Assembly (NCBI GenBank): GCA_963708295.1
Contig: CAVPSJ010000016.1
Coordinates: 87,408-151,407 of the forward strand
Length of the DNA: 64,000 bases
Direction of reading: 5' to 3'
DNA from: an uncultured delta proteobacterium
Lineage (GTDB): Bacteria; Desulfobacterota; BSN033; UBA1163
Under the pieces are notes generated by a model. That model was not told where the DNA came from. It worked only from the letters and a program-made list of their open reading frames with translations, and searched no databases. Shown one piece after another: positions 12,560 through 22,108 of this stretch. Every line of letters begins with the position of its first letter. Position 1 is the first letter of the stretch. The translations under genes and the position numbers were made by a program.

Positions 12560-12823
12560 CAGGCTGCTGAAAAACGCCCCTGCCTACCGGCAGGCAGGCA
12601 TCTGCTTCGTTATCCGGCCCCCCTTCGGGGGCGTGCCAGGAGTTGCTCCTTATTCGTCGCAACGGCACCCCTCATCTTTCCCTATGTCAAGCACGGGGCG
12701 GGCTCATTGTGGGGGGCATTTCGTAGGGAACGCATATATGCGTTCCTTACCAAGGACTTCGGGGGCCTTGCATCTGGCCCTTTTTGAGCAACCTGGAAAA
12801 GACGACTTTTTCAGTAGTCTGCT
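12558..12823. mobile_element. Composite MITE family (CAGGCTGCTGAAAAA ends), copy 1
   Basis: AGCAGGCTGCTGAAAAA...GCCTTGCATCTGGCCCTTTTTGAGCAACCTG...TTTTTCAGTAGTCTGCT; relatives at 22109-22253 and 29613-29883. Confidence 0.75.
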
Positions 12824-12888
12824 GAGTATTTAGATACGTAGCGCCCCCATTTACTGGGGGCGGATTAACTTGGAGAAAAGAATAAAAG

Positions 12889-13040
12889 CCCCTCCCCCTC
12901 GACGGGGGAGGGTGAGGGTGGGGGTGAATGATGCTCCCGCCAGGAGAGAGGAGGTAACTTTACAGGAATGAGAGTTTGAGAAATTTGAATTTTAAAATTT
13001 CAGATTTGTTTCGAGTTTCGATATTCGGATTTCGAATTTC
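12889..13040. repeat. G/C hairpin repeat followed by a degenerate 7-nt periodic tract
   Basis: CCCTCCCCCTCGACGGGGGAGGGTGAGGGTGGGGGTG, then ...TTTCGAG TTTCGAT ATTCGGA TTTCGAA TTTC. Confidence 0.6.
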
Positions 13041-13067
13041 CTCAACTCAAGGTAGTGAGGTTTTTTT

Positions 13068-14090
13068 ATGAAAAAGAAGTATAAAATTGGAGTGATTCCA
13101 GGAGACGGGATCGGGAGAGACGTGATCAAGGCAGCGCAGATTGTATTGGATACGGTGAACGAGGTATCGAAAGAATTTTCCCTGGAGTTTCATAAAATGG
13201 ATACAGGGGATGCAGCCATTGCAAAATATGGAGACCCCTTTCCAAAAGAGACGGTGGAGGGAGTCAAACAGACCCATGCCGTCCTTTTCGGAGCGGCGGG
13301 GAACCCCAACACTACGAAGGTGCTCATGGGGTTTCGACTGGGATTTAACCTCTATGCCGGCGTGAGGCCCATCAAGGCATTGCCGGGGTCCGGTGCGTTG
13401 AGGCCGAAGGCGGACCTCATCATCGTAAGGGAAAACACCGAAGGCCTTTACAGGGGAGACGGCTATATCGATGGAGACACCTATGTCAATCTCAGGGTCT
13501 TTACAAAACAGGGCATGGAGCGGATTCTGAAATTCTGTTTTGAGCTGGCCCTCAAAGAAGGACGGAAGAAGGTAACCTTTACGCACAAAGCCCACGTCCT
13601 CATCTATACCGACGAGCCCATGCGCCAGATGTTCTATGAAATTGCCAAGAAGTATCCATCCGTCGAAGCAGAGGACATGACGATCGACGCGTGCGCTATG
13701 CAGATCGTCATGAGGCCGGAGAGGTTTGACATCGTTTTTGCAGAAAATGCGAATGGCGATGTTCTGAGCGACGTGGGAGCGGGTGTCGTCGGAGGAATGG
13801 GCTTCGCGTATAGTGGAAATATCGGTGATGCGTTGGGAGTGTTTGAGCCAATCCACGGGACAGCTCCGAAATATGCGGACAAGAACGTGGTCAATCCCAT
13901 TGCCGCCATCATGGCGGCGAGAATGATGTTTGATTATCTCGGAGAGAAAGCGATGGGATTCCGGATCGAGAAGGCCATCACCGATGTTTTGGTCGAAGGA
14001 AAAGTGAGGACCTACGATCTCGGTGGGAGCTCATCAACCAGTCAGGTAGCGGAGGCGATCTCCGAAAAACTGCGCAAATGCGACGGCTGA
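13068..14090 (+). CDS. Isocitrate/isopropylmalate (beta-decarboxylating) dehydrogenase family protein
   Basis: IPGDGIG, VRENTEGLY, GDVLSD, EPIHGTAPKYA, NPIAAI, TYDLGG. Confidence 0.9.
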   Translation: MKKKYKIGVIPGDGIGRDVIKAAQIVLDTVNEVSKEFSLEFHKMDTGDAAIAKYGDPFPKETVEGVKQTHAVLFGAAGNPNTTKVLMGFRLGFNLYAGVRPIKALPGSGALRPKADLIIVRENTEGLYRGDGYIDGDTYVNLRVFTKQGMERILKFCFELALKEGRKKVTFTHKAHVLIYTDEPMRQMFYEIAKKYPSVEAEDMTIDACAMQIVMRPERFDIVFAENANGDVLSDVGAGVVGGMGFAYSGNIGDALGVFEPIHGTAPKYADKNVVNPIAAIMAARMMFDYLGEKAMGFRIEKAITDVLVEGKVRTYDLGGSSSTSQVAEAISEKLRKCDG

Positions 14091-14126
14091 GGTCTCTTTG
14101 TGACCAAAATGGAGGGTGATATTTCA

Positions 14127-14318
14127 CCTCCCTTTCGCAAAGGGAGGCGGGGAGGGATTTCAGGCGCCAGCTTAATACTACTTCCACAGCTATCCCATCC
14201 CCTTCCTCACCTCCCCCTTGAAGGGGGAGGAACAAAGAGTTCTTCCTTCCCCTTCAGGCGGAGGAACAAAGTGTTCTCCCTCCCATTCAGGGGGAGGGGT
14301 AGGGTGGGGGTGGGGTTG
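14127..14318. repeat. Cluster of G/C hairpins (CCTCCCCCTTGAAGGGGGAGG family)
   Basis: Four tandem or inverted hairpin units; same family as at 28221-28312 and around DUF559. Confidence 0.75.
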
Positions 14319-14411
14319 AATAGTTGTCTTTGGGTAAGATCAATTGGCATCGGATTTGTTAAATAGTCCACTTAAGATGTTACCAGCAATCGAATAAGAG
14401 GTGTCAGACTC

Positions 14412-15506
14412 ATGTCTATTCTTTTTGAACCCTATAAAATTGGTCGATTAACTCTCAAAAACCGTTTCATCAAATCTTCGACGTTGGAAAGCATGGCAGG
14501 ACCCGATGGCGAGGTGACGCCGGACATGCTGGAGTTCTACGAGGCTGTTGCTCGTGGTGGCGCAGCTTGCATCTTCTTGGGGCATGCCTATGTTCATCCG
14601 CTTGGGAAAGCATCTCCGAAGATGATAGGCCTATACGATGACCGCCTGATTCCGGGGCTCCGCTCCTTAGCCGACGTGATTCATCAACATGATTGTTTTG
14701 TTTTTGCTCAGATCAATCACGGGGGAAGTCGGATTCAAGGGGGATGTGCGGAGCCCGTAGGGCCCTCTCCTGTCGTCGATCCCTCCGCAGGACTTCTCGC
14801 CCGCGAGCTTAAATCTTCAGAGATCCGGGAGATCATCGATGCCTTTGGCCAGGCGGCTTGCCGGGTTCGAGAGGCGGGACTGGACGGAATTCTCATCCAC
14901 GGTGCCCATGGATATCTGGCAAGTCTCTTCACTTCTCCTTTTACGAATCATCGGACCGATGAATGGGGCGGAGATGCCTTGAGACGGTTCCGGTTTCTTG
15001 AAGAAGTCTACCGTTCGATCCGCAAAGCAGTCGGAAACGATTATCCGGTGGCCATCAAATTAGGAATCAAAGATGATACGGAAGAAGGGTTAACCGTGGG
15101 AGAGGGCGCGGAAACAGCTGGCCGCCTTGCGAGGTTAGGGATCGACGCAATCGAGATAAGCGCCGGCGTCGCGACAAAACCAGTCCCAAGCCGCAGCAAC
15201 ATCCTTTCAAGAGAACAGGAAGCCTATTTTCTCCCTTACGCGAAAGCCGTTCGTCCAAAGGTGGGAAAGCTGCCTCTCAGTTTGGTGGGCGGACTCCGTT
15301 CCCCGGATCTCATGGAGGAGATCATCAAGGAAGGATGGACCGATTTTGTCTCTCTTGCGAGGCCCTTTCTCTGCGAACCCGATCTCGTCAACAAGATCCG
15401 CGCCGGCCGCTGGGAGCCGGTCTCCTGCACAAGAGATGACCGCTGCCGGGCCGGCATCGGCAAAGAAGGACTTCGCTGCCACCGCGACGAAGACCCCGTC
15501 GGTTGA
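14412..15506 (+). CDS. NADH:flavin oxidoreductase (old yellow enzyme family)
   Basis: TLKNRF, AQINHGG, IHGAHGYL, NHRTDEWGG, SLARPFLCEPDL. Confidence 0.9.
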   Translation: MSILFEPYKIGRLTLKNRFIKSSTLESMAGPDGEVTPDMLEFYEAVARGGAACIFLGHAYVHPLGKASPKMIGLYDDRLIPGLRSLADVIHQHDCFVFAQINHGGSRIQGGCAEPVGPSPVVDPSAGLLARELKSSEIREIIDAFGQAACRVREAGLDGILIHGAHGYLASLFTSPFTNHRTDEWGGDALRRFRFLEEVYRSIRKAVGNDYPVAIKLGIKDDTEEGLTVGEGAETAGRLARLGIDAIEISAGVATKPVPSRSNILSREQEAYFLPYAKAVRPKVGKLPLSLVGGLRSPDLMEEIIKEGWTDFVSLARPFLCEPDLVNKIRAGRWEPVSCTRDDRCRAGIGKEGLRCHRDEDPVG

Positions 15507-15818
15507 ATCTTCTAAGATATCCTGAAGGCCCCCAAAATATTCACCCTCGACCACAGAGATTTTTCTGTTTACCGATTCAAACAGAAAAGGCGATTTACAA
15601 TTACTCCCTCAAAAAACATGAATTCAATATCATTACCGACTCCTCACGCCTGGCGCCTTCTGGTCTTACAATTATTCTATACCCTATACCCTATGCCCCA
15701 TGCCCTTTGCGCTGTTTAGATTGATTTAGATATCTTGACCCCTCTCCCCTTTTTTGATAAAGTCGTATTCCAGAAACACCTAGGCTGGATGTCCGGAGAA
15801 CCTGCGCGATGAAAAACG

Positions 15819-16885
15819 GTGTCAGGTCTTGACATGAGACATTAATTTATGGTAGATAGTGTGGTATTATGTCGAGACCGCTGCGAGTCGAGTGGGAAGG
15901 TGGCTTTTATCACATTACGGCAAGGGGAAACGAGAAGCGGCCGATTTTTCTGATAGAGCAGGACTATCTTCGCTTTGTTAGTCGTTTTGAGCCGATTTAC
16001 GGGCGCTACGGCGTTGTGATTCATTCTTATGTCCTCATGACCAATCATTATCACGTTCTTGTTGAAACCCCCCGGGCAAACTTATCTGCCGCTTTGCACG
16101 ATTTGAATACCGCTTATACAAATTACTTTAACCGGAGGCATGATCGGGTGGGGCATCTTTTCCAGGGTCGCTATCGAAGCATTGTTGTGGAAAAGGATCC
16201 ATATTTGTTAGAGCTGTCCCGTTACATCCACCTAAATCCAGTGAGGGCGGGAATGGTGAAGAGGCCGGAGGCCTATCGATGGAGCAGTTATGCTAGTTAT
16301 CTGTCTTCGGGGTCTTGTCCGGGGTGGCTTCGGAGAGAGGACATTTTGGGACAGATGGACAAGAGCCTGGGTAAGGGGCGGCGTAAATATCGAGAGTTTG
16401 TGGAGGAGGGACTAAAGGGGGAGGTCAGGGATCCTTTGGAGGCAGTAATGGGGGGGATCGCTCTGGGGGGCGAGACATTTTGGGTGGAAGTAAAGAATCG
16501 GGTGGAAGGACTTCAGGGACGGAATGAGGTTCCTGTGCTCAAGGAAATTCATCGCAAGACGGAGGCTGGAGTGATTGTGGAGAAGGTAGCATCATTCTAT
16601 GGAGTTCCAGCCGATAGGATCACACGGCTAGCGCATCCTCTCCACCGCGGGACTCAGGTTGCGATGTATCTGGTGAGGAAGAAGACGGATCTTACGCTCA
16701 ATGAGATTGGGGCCATCTTTGGCAAAAGGCACTATACGGCAGTGAGCGTAGCCTTCAGGAGGGTAGAGGGGAAGCGGCAGCGAGACCGAGGATTTGATCG
16801 GGAATTGAGCAAGATTGAGAAAGAACTTTCTTAGACGGGGTTTTCCCGAAAGATACTCAAATTGTCTCATGTCAAGACCTGACAC
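15819..16885 (+). mobile_element. Element bounded by perfect 23-bp inverted repeats, carrying a Y1 transposase gene
   Basis: GTGTCAGGTCTTGACATGAGACA (15819-15841) and its exact reverse complement TGTCTCATGTCAAGACCTGACAC (16863-16885). Confidence 0.8.
15869..16834 (+). CDS. HUH/Y1 transposase (IS200-like/RAYT) with a C-terminal DnaA domain IV-like HTH
   Basis: YHITARGN, VLMTNHYHVL (HUH), SRYIHLNPVRAG (catalytic Tyr), YRWSSY; tail QVAMYLVRKKTDLTLNEIGAIFGKRHYTAV. Confidence 0.88.
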   Translation: MSRPLRVEWEGGFYHITARGNEKRPIFLIEQDYLRFVSRFEPIYGRYGVVIHSYVLMTNHYHVLVETPRANLSAALHDLNTAYTNYFNRRHDRVGHLFQGRYRSIVVEKDPYLLELSRYIHLNPVRAGMVKRPEAYRWSSYASYLSSGSCPGWLRREDILGQMDKSLGKGRRKYREFVEEGLKGEVRDPLEAVMGGIALGGETFWVEVKNRVEGLQGRNEVPVLKEIHRKTEAGVIVEKVASFYGVPADRITRLAHPLHRGTQVAMYLVRKKTDLTLNEIGAIFGKRHYTAVSVAFRRVEGKRQRDRGFDRELSKIEKELS

Positions 16886-16921
16886 TGGATGTGATGCTGG
16901 ATGTGATGTGCATTTTAACTT

Positions 16922-17290
16922 ATGAGTAAGAAAGGTGATTACATTACCGAGATTCTGGAAGAGAGAACGAAAGGAAGTATCAGGATGAACGATGTCATAG
17001 GAATTGCTTGGTTCAAGGACGAGGCTACTTACCGTAGGGCGCTCGCTATCTTTACCGATCCCGAAAACTTGCCCGCCAGTTTTGAAGACTGGAAAGCTCT
17101 TGTGGGAAGGGAATGCGAATTAATTAAGGGTAGCGGCAATGTTGCTATTCGCGCAGATATCGATCCGGAAACATTTACCGCTTGGTGCGCCTCCCGTGGA
17201 TATCAAGCCAATTCCCAGGGGAGGATCGCGTTCGTCAACCATGTCGAGCTTGAGTATCAGAAGACCGGCAAAGGAAAGGTGATTGAATAG
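16922..17290 (+). CDS. Hypothetical protein (start possibly 16985)
   Basis: Plausible globular sequence (IGIAWFK...RADIDPETFTAWC). Confidence 0.65.
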   Translation: MSKKGDYITEILEERTKGSIRMNDVIGIAWFKDEATYRRALAIFTDPENLPASFEDWKALVGRECELIKGSGNVAIRADIDPETFTAWCASRGYQANSQGRIAFVNHVELEYQKTGKGKVIE

Positions 17291-17528
17291 CTCGTGGAGT
17301 TTGTCCTGGAGGGCCGAGGGATCGATGATTGTCTTTTAGTCGGTCCCAGTGTAGCTGTAATTAACTCTACCTGTTCTGGATTCAGGAAAAGACTTGTGAA
17401 ATTATGCGAGCCTGTATCTGAAACGGGTCCTCGCATTAGCCTAAGACTCGCTCGGAGAATGGAACAGCCCGGATGGGCGAAGCGGATGCTCCTGAAATGT
17501 TGACATGTGACGGGAGTAATAAGGCATA

Positions 17529-17612
17529 GCCCAACTAGTCGCTCGAGCCTCGCGTCGCCTCGCCGTCTGACTCCGGCAACCGGCGCCGCTCACCGCAGTT
17601 CGCCGTTCAGGC
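17529..17612 (+). other. Degenerate attC-like site
   Basis: GCCCAAC-5nt-GCTCGAGC...GCTCACC...GTTCAGGC just before an RBS and ATG; right-arm spacing is non-canonical. Confidence 0.35.
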
Positions 17613-17640
17613 AGATTGAAACGAGATGCGGAGGTGGACA

Positions 17641-18027
17641 ATGCCTATCGAGTTTCACTGTGACCACGGAAAACGACTGGTTCTGGCCAAGGCATACGGA
17701 GTTCTGACCGATGAAGAAATCTTCGGCTATCAGCGCGAGGTCTGGTCCCGCGAAGAAGTTGTCGGTTATGACGAAGTGATAGACATGAGTGAGGTCGAAA
17801 AAATCGTGGCGGCTCGAAGCAACCGGATTAAGGACTTGGCTGCTCTCGCCGCTTCTATGGACTCTCGGTCCACTCGAACGAAGTTCGCCATTGTCGCCCC
17901 AAACGACTATGCGTTTGGGTTAGGGCGGATGTACGAGGCCCACCGGACTATGAATGATAGGAGCACGAAAGAGGTTGGTGTCTTTCGAACAATGGAAGAA
18001 GCTTTGGCATGGATCGGCCACAAATAA
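17641..18027 (+). CDS. Hypothetical protein, STAS/SpoIIAA-like
   Basis: RBS GGAGGT; KFAIVAP.DYAFGLGRMY and VFRTMEEALAWI pattern. Confidence 0.7.
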   Translation: MPIEFHCDHGKRLVLAKAYGVLTDEEIFGYQREVWSREEVVGYDEVIDMSEVEKIVAARSNRIKDLAALAASMDSRSTRTKFAIVAPNDYAFGLGRMYEAHRTMNDRSTKEVGVFRTMEEALAWIGHK

Positions 18028-18097
18028 TCTCAGACGCAGCGTTCGGTCTTTTGAAGTCGTGGAGGCACAGGTGGGATGACCAAATCGGAGCGTCGGA

Positions 18098-18598
18098 ATG
18101 AACTATAATAACCAGAATGAAATACCTGCCAGACATGGCAGAAAATACGTAGATTTGATTTGGTCGGCCATTGGCGGGAGCGATAGCCATTACTCTTGCC
18201 CTTTTGCTTGTGGCTGGTCGAAATTCTCCTTTTGTGCTCTTTTCTCTCGGGGGCTCCACCGTGTTTCTTTTTGTCTTGACCGAGACGGAAGCAGCCCAGC
18301 CTCGGGCCTTGCTCGGAGGGCACATCGGCGGGGCTTTGATTGGGATTCTCTGTTACCAGATACTCGGTGATGCGCTTTGGGTTTCTGTGACTGCCGTCGT
18401 AATCACAATGATGTTTATGGTCATGACCCGGACGATCCATCCACCGGCGGGCGCGAATCCGCTGATCATGGTGCATCATCATGCCGGGTTTCTGTCGTTG
18501 CTGAACCCCGTCGGGGCGGGTGTGCTGACGCTGTTTATCGTTGCCATGTGTGGAGTCATGTTCGCCCCGGGAAGAAGTATCCGATGAGGTGGTGGTGA
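18098..18598 (+). CDS. HPP family membrane protein, two frameshifts (~18178, ~18548)
   Basis: AQPRALLGGH and TIHPPAGANP; C-terminal YPMRWW lies in a shifted frame. Confidence 0.8.
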
Positions 18599-18680
18599 GA
18601 ATATAAGATAAGCCGGTAGGGAACGCATAATGCCGTTCCCTACAAGGGACTTTCGGCTGCTCCGTTGCAGTCAAGGAGCC

Positions 18681-19205
18681 ATGAACATGATACGCAGATG
18701 CACTGAACGAGACCTTTCTGAGATGTACGAAATCATCAATGACGCGGCACACGCGTACAAAGGGGTGATCCCTGAGGACCGGTGGCATGAGCCATACATG
18801 CCGATCGAAGAATTGAAGCATGAGATAGACGACGGCGTCGAATTCTGGGGGTACGAGGAAGCAGGACACCTGATGGGCGTCATGGGACTTCAAGACAAAG
18901 GCGATGTTTATCTCATAAGACATGCCTATGTGTTCAGAAACAGTCAATACCATGGCATTGGAACGAAACTGCTCCGCCATCTCGAACAGATGACCGACAA
19001 GCCGATCCTGATCGGCACGTGGGCGGATGCAGCCTGGGCCGTTCGATTTTACGAGAAGAACGGGTATCGCCTTCTCGCTCGTCCGGAGATAGAGCGACTG
19101 CTGAAGAAGTACTGGAAGATCCCGGAGAGACAGGTGGTCACCTCCGTCGTTCTGGCAAATCCGAGATGGAAGGGGGAAACAAAGAATCGAGATAACGCCC
19201 AATAA
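18681..19205 (+). CDS. GNAT family N-acetyltransferase
   Basis: RBS AGGAG; RHAYV...QYHGIGTKLL and AVRFYEKNGY. Confidence 0.85.
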   Translation: MNMIRRCTERDLSEMYEIINDAAHAYKGVIPEDRWHEPYMPIEELKHEIDDGVEFWGYEEAGHLMGVMGLQDKGDVYLIRHAYVFRNSQYHGIGTKLLRHLEQMTDKPILIGTWADAAWAVRFYEKNGYRLLARPEIERLLKKYWKIPERQVVTSVVLANPRWKGETKNRDNAQ

Positions 19206-19210
19206 TCAAA

Positions 19211-19819
19211 TCATATGGACGACAGAAGGGCAACCTTTGCGCAATCCTCCACTAAATCCGCGATGTAGTAGGCGCTGGCAAGATCAGGTCCCATGCCAAT
19301 AGTGCCGTGGCCCTTCAAGAGTAAAGCCTTCACCTCCATATTTTGCCTGGCCGCCTCTGAGACGTAATCACACAATTCCTTCGTACCCATCAAGGCAAAT
19401 TCGACAATCGGAACCTTTACCAGATTGACCATTCCAGGAGCGGTCAGAAGGGGAAAGGGTTTATCCTTCAGGGATAAGGCAGTGGAAAAGGGTGGGTGAA
19501 CATGGGCAATCGCCATCACATCATTTCTTATACGGTAGATGGAGGTGTGGAAAGGGGTCTCTTTGGATGGCTTCAAATTCTTTTTGCCTTTTAAGAGATT
19601 GCCTTGGATGTCGACTTCGATAATAATGTCCGGCGTGATATCCCTCAGGGAGATCCCGCTGGGAGTGATCAACACGTGTTCGGTCCCGGGGATCCGGATG
19701 CTGAGATTCCCGCCTCTCGCTGCGACCAATCCCCGGTCGTAAGAAAGGCGTGAGAATTGAGCCAGGTCTTTTCTATACGCGTTGATTTTGTCCTTTTGAT
19801 ATTTCAATGTCTTTGCCAT
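19211..19819 (-). CDS. Class II aldolase/adducin family protein
   Basis: GGNLSIR, ITPSG, PSKETPFH, AHVHPP, LLKGHG. Confidence 0.9.
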   Translation of the reverse strand: MAKTLKYQKDKINAYRKDLAQFSRLSYDRGLVAARGGNLSIRIPGTEHVLITPSGISLRDITPDIIIEVDIQGNLLKGKKNLKPSKETPFHTSIYRIRNDVMAIAHVHPPFSTALSLKDKPFPLLTAPGMVNLVKVPIVEFALMGTKELCDYVSEAARQNMEVKALLLKGHGTIGMGPDLASAYYIADLVEDCAKVALLSSI

Positions 19820-19865
19820 ATCAACTCCTCACACAATATTTGAGTTGAGCCGTTAGTTGCTTATT

Positions 19866-19928
19866 TGTCATTCTGAACTTGGTTCAGAATCTCCGATGAG
19901 TAGACCCTGAAACAAGTTCAGGGTGACA
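19866..19928. repeat. REP-like double hairpin
   Basis: TGTCATTCTGAACTTGGTTCAGAATCT...ACCCTGAAACAAGTTCAGGGTGACA. Confidence 0.65.
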
Positions 19929-19986
19929 TTTAGGCCCGGTGGCTCCTCCTAAAATTTTAATGCCCGTTCAGGCAAAACGAGGCAAT

Positions 19987-21513
19987 CTATTCTAATATGA
20001 CTGTCCTGTCTTTTTCTTTTTTGCCCCTTATCTTCGGCAGGATATACTGGTAGAAGACGATCACGACAATAAAAAGGATAAGGGCAATGCTGACCCCGCG
20101 AGTAAAGAATGGAGCAAGCGAACCCTTGCCAGCCATTAAAGCCCGCCGAAATTGAACATCTAACAGGTCCCCTCCAAGAATCAAACCCAATACCAAAGGA
20201 GACACGGGGAAACCAAGAGCACTCATGATAGTCCCAAGCACTCCAAAAAAGAATGCAAGGAAGATGTCGTTGATGTTGATGTTTGCGGCATAAGAGCCCA
20301 AAACACAAAGGACAGCAACAATGGCAGCCATGGCGGTTCTGGGTGTATTCACAAACATGCGAACCAGGCCTTTCCCGGCATAGGTGCCGATGATCACAAA
20401 CAATATCCCTGCCAGAAAAAGAGCGACTGCAATCTCATAAAGCCAATGGGCATTCGTCAGCAGGAAGGTCGGCCCGGGCCGAACCCCATGAATCATCAGA
20501 ATACCTAACATGATGGCGGTTGGAGCATCTCCTGGAACAGACAACGATAAAACGGGGGCGTAAGCTCCAGGGACGTTCGCCATGTTACAGGTTTCGCTTC
20601 CTATCAAACCCTCGATGCTTCCCTTCCCAAACTTCTCAGGTTCTTTGCTTGTGCTCCTGGCATGATCATAACCCACCCAACAGGAGACGTTGGCTCCGAT
20701 TCCAGGGGCCACACCAATGATATATCCTAAGATCGAAGTCCTTACACTGAGCCAGCGATATTTCCACCACAGTTTGGCGGCTCCGATCAGAGAAGTTTTC
20801 TTTAAGGGAAAGCTTTTTACGCTGATATCCGTCAGACCCGAAAAGACTTCGGTAAAACCATATAAACCGATCATGGCTGGAATGAGCGGGATGCCTCCTA
20901 CGAGATAAGTCGTGCCGAAGGCAAAGCGTGGAGAACCATCAATGGGATCAAGGCCAACGCATCCTAAAATAAGACCCACTGTGGCTGCGATCAATCCCTT
21001 GATGGTGTCCCCTTCGGATAGGTTGGCGGCGATGAAGACCCCAAATACCCCAAACCAGAACATCTCCCAGGGACCGAACATCATGGATAGCTTTACGAAG
21101 AATGGCATGGTAAGGAGAAGCAGAACCAGACCCAAATTGTTGCCCATGAAACTCGCAAAAACATTAATGCCGAGAGCGACCTCCGCTTCTCCTTTCTTGG
21201 TGAGCTGATAACCTTCGATCGCGGTGGGTGCTGAGGCTGGCGTGCCCGGAATATTGAGTACGGTGGCAGAGATGCTTCCTCCGTACGTTCCACCTAATTG
21301 GGTTGCGGATAGCATGATGATGGCCCAAAGAGGGTCCATTTTATACGTTACGACAGCCAGCAATGCTACGGTCATCGTGGTGGAAACCCCGGGCAAGGCC
21401 CCACCCAGAATGCCGACGGCCACACCCATCGTGATCAGAAATAACCCGTAAGGGGTCGACAGGTCCCAAAAGGCCTTAGCCAAACCCGTCAGCATCTGTG
21501 TCCAATCCATCAC
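19987..21513 (-). CDS. TctA family permease
   Basis: GALPGVS, GTYGGS, NIPGTPAS, GSETCN, LSLSVPGD. Confidence 0.9.
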   Translation of the reverse strand: MMDWTQMLTGLAKAFWDLSTPYGLFLITMGVAVGILGGALPGVSTTMTVALLAVVTYKMDPLWAIIMLSATQLGGTYGGSISATVLNIPGTPASAPTAIEGYQLTKKGEAEVALGINVFASFMGNNLGLVLLLLTMPFFVKLSMMFGPWEMFWFGVFGVFIAANLSEGDTIKGLIAATVGLILGCVGLDPIDGSPRFAFGTTYLVGGIPLIPAMIGLYGFTEVFSGLTDISVKSFPLKKTSLIGAAKLWWKYRWLSVRTSILGYIIGVAPGIGANVSCWVGYDHARSTSKEPEKFGKGSIEGLIGSETCNMANVPGAYAPVLSLSVPGDAPTAIMLGILMIHGVRPGPTFLLTNAHWLYEIAVALFLAGILFVIIGTYAGKGLVRMFVNTPRTAMAAIVAVLCVLGSYAANININDIFLAFFFGVLGTIMSALGFPVSPLVLGLILGGDLLDVQFRRALMAGKGSLAPFFTRGVSIALILFIVVIVFYQYILPKIRGKKEKDRTVILE

Positions 21514-21536
21514 TCGATCTCTCTCTAATCCGTTTA

Positions 21537-21622
21537 CCCCGTTAGAAAGCCCCGCTGCTTACAATGGGGGTATATCCGTAGAGCTTCAATGCACCGGCAA
21601 AGCTCCGTCTTTTCTAACGGGG
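21537..21622. mobile_element. 86-bp MITE, CCCCGTTAGAAA/TTTCTAACGGGG family
   Basis: 12-bp terminal inverted repeat; a related copy sits inside recQ. Confidence 0.7.
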
Positions 21623-21623
21623 C

Positions 21624-22094
21624 TTACCAAATCTGTAACATAAATAATTTATTGAAAATGAGATACAGGCAAACCGTGATGCCGATTGATACAGGCAGGA
21701 AAAACCATCGCCGCCACCTCTTCACGTAGGCATAAAACATAATAGTCATAAACAGAGCACTCGATATGTAGAAACCAATCAGTGGAATGGCAACGAAAGC
21801 ATAGATGGCCGGGAAGAGAATACCCAGAATAAGCGGTCTGTTTTCCTTCGAGGCAAATAAGGGTACGAAGGAACGGAAGAGCTCGTCAAGCTTGATTCTC
21901 CCACCCCGACTCAACGATCTGATCGCATAGGCAACCCCGAAGAAAAAGAGAATAACGCTCATGAGTCCCGGGAAGACCGCGGGACTCTCAATGAGGTCTC
22001 CACGCATAGGCATCCTCATGGAAGCCGAGAAGATGAAAATAGCCAATGCTACGACAAAACAGGCGATGAGAAAATCTCGATCATGCTTGGACAT
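21624..22094 (-). CDS. TctB family protein
   Basis: Small TM protein with SPAVFP and IGFYIS; lies between TctC and TctA. Confidence 0.85.
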   Translation of the reverse strand: MSKHDRDFLIACFVVALAIFIFSASMRMPMRGDLIESPAVFPGLMSVILFFFGVAYAIRSLSRGGRIKLDELFRSFVPLFASKENRPLILGILFPAIYAFVAIPLIGFYISSALFMTIMFYAYVKRWRRWFFLPVSIGITVCLYLIFNKLFMLQIW

Positions 22095-22108
22095 CTTCTA
22101 CTCCATTT

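Noticed and set aside
16500-16834. dnaA gene or replication origin
   Set aside because: Only a domain IV-like tail fused to a transposase; no AAA+ domain or DnaA-box cluster.
18030-19202. 390-aa minus-strand ORF (likewise 27116-28177, 46694-47611, 49757-50896)
   Set aside because: Antisense shadows of well-supported genes, with no recognisable motifs.
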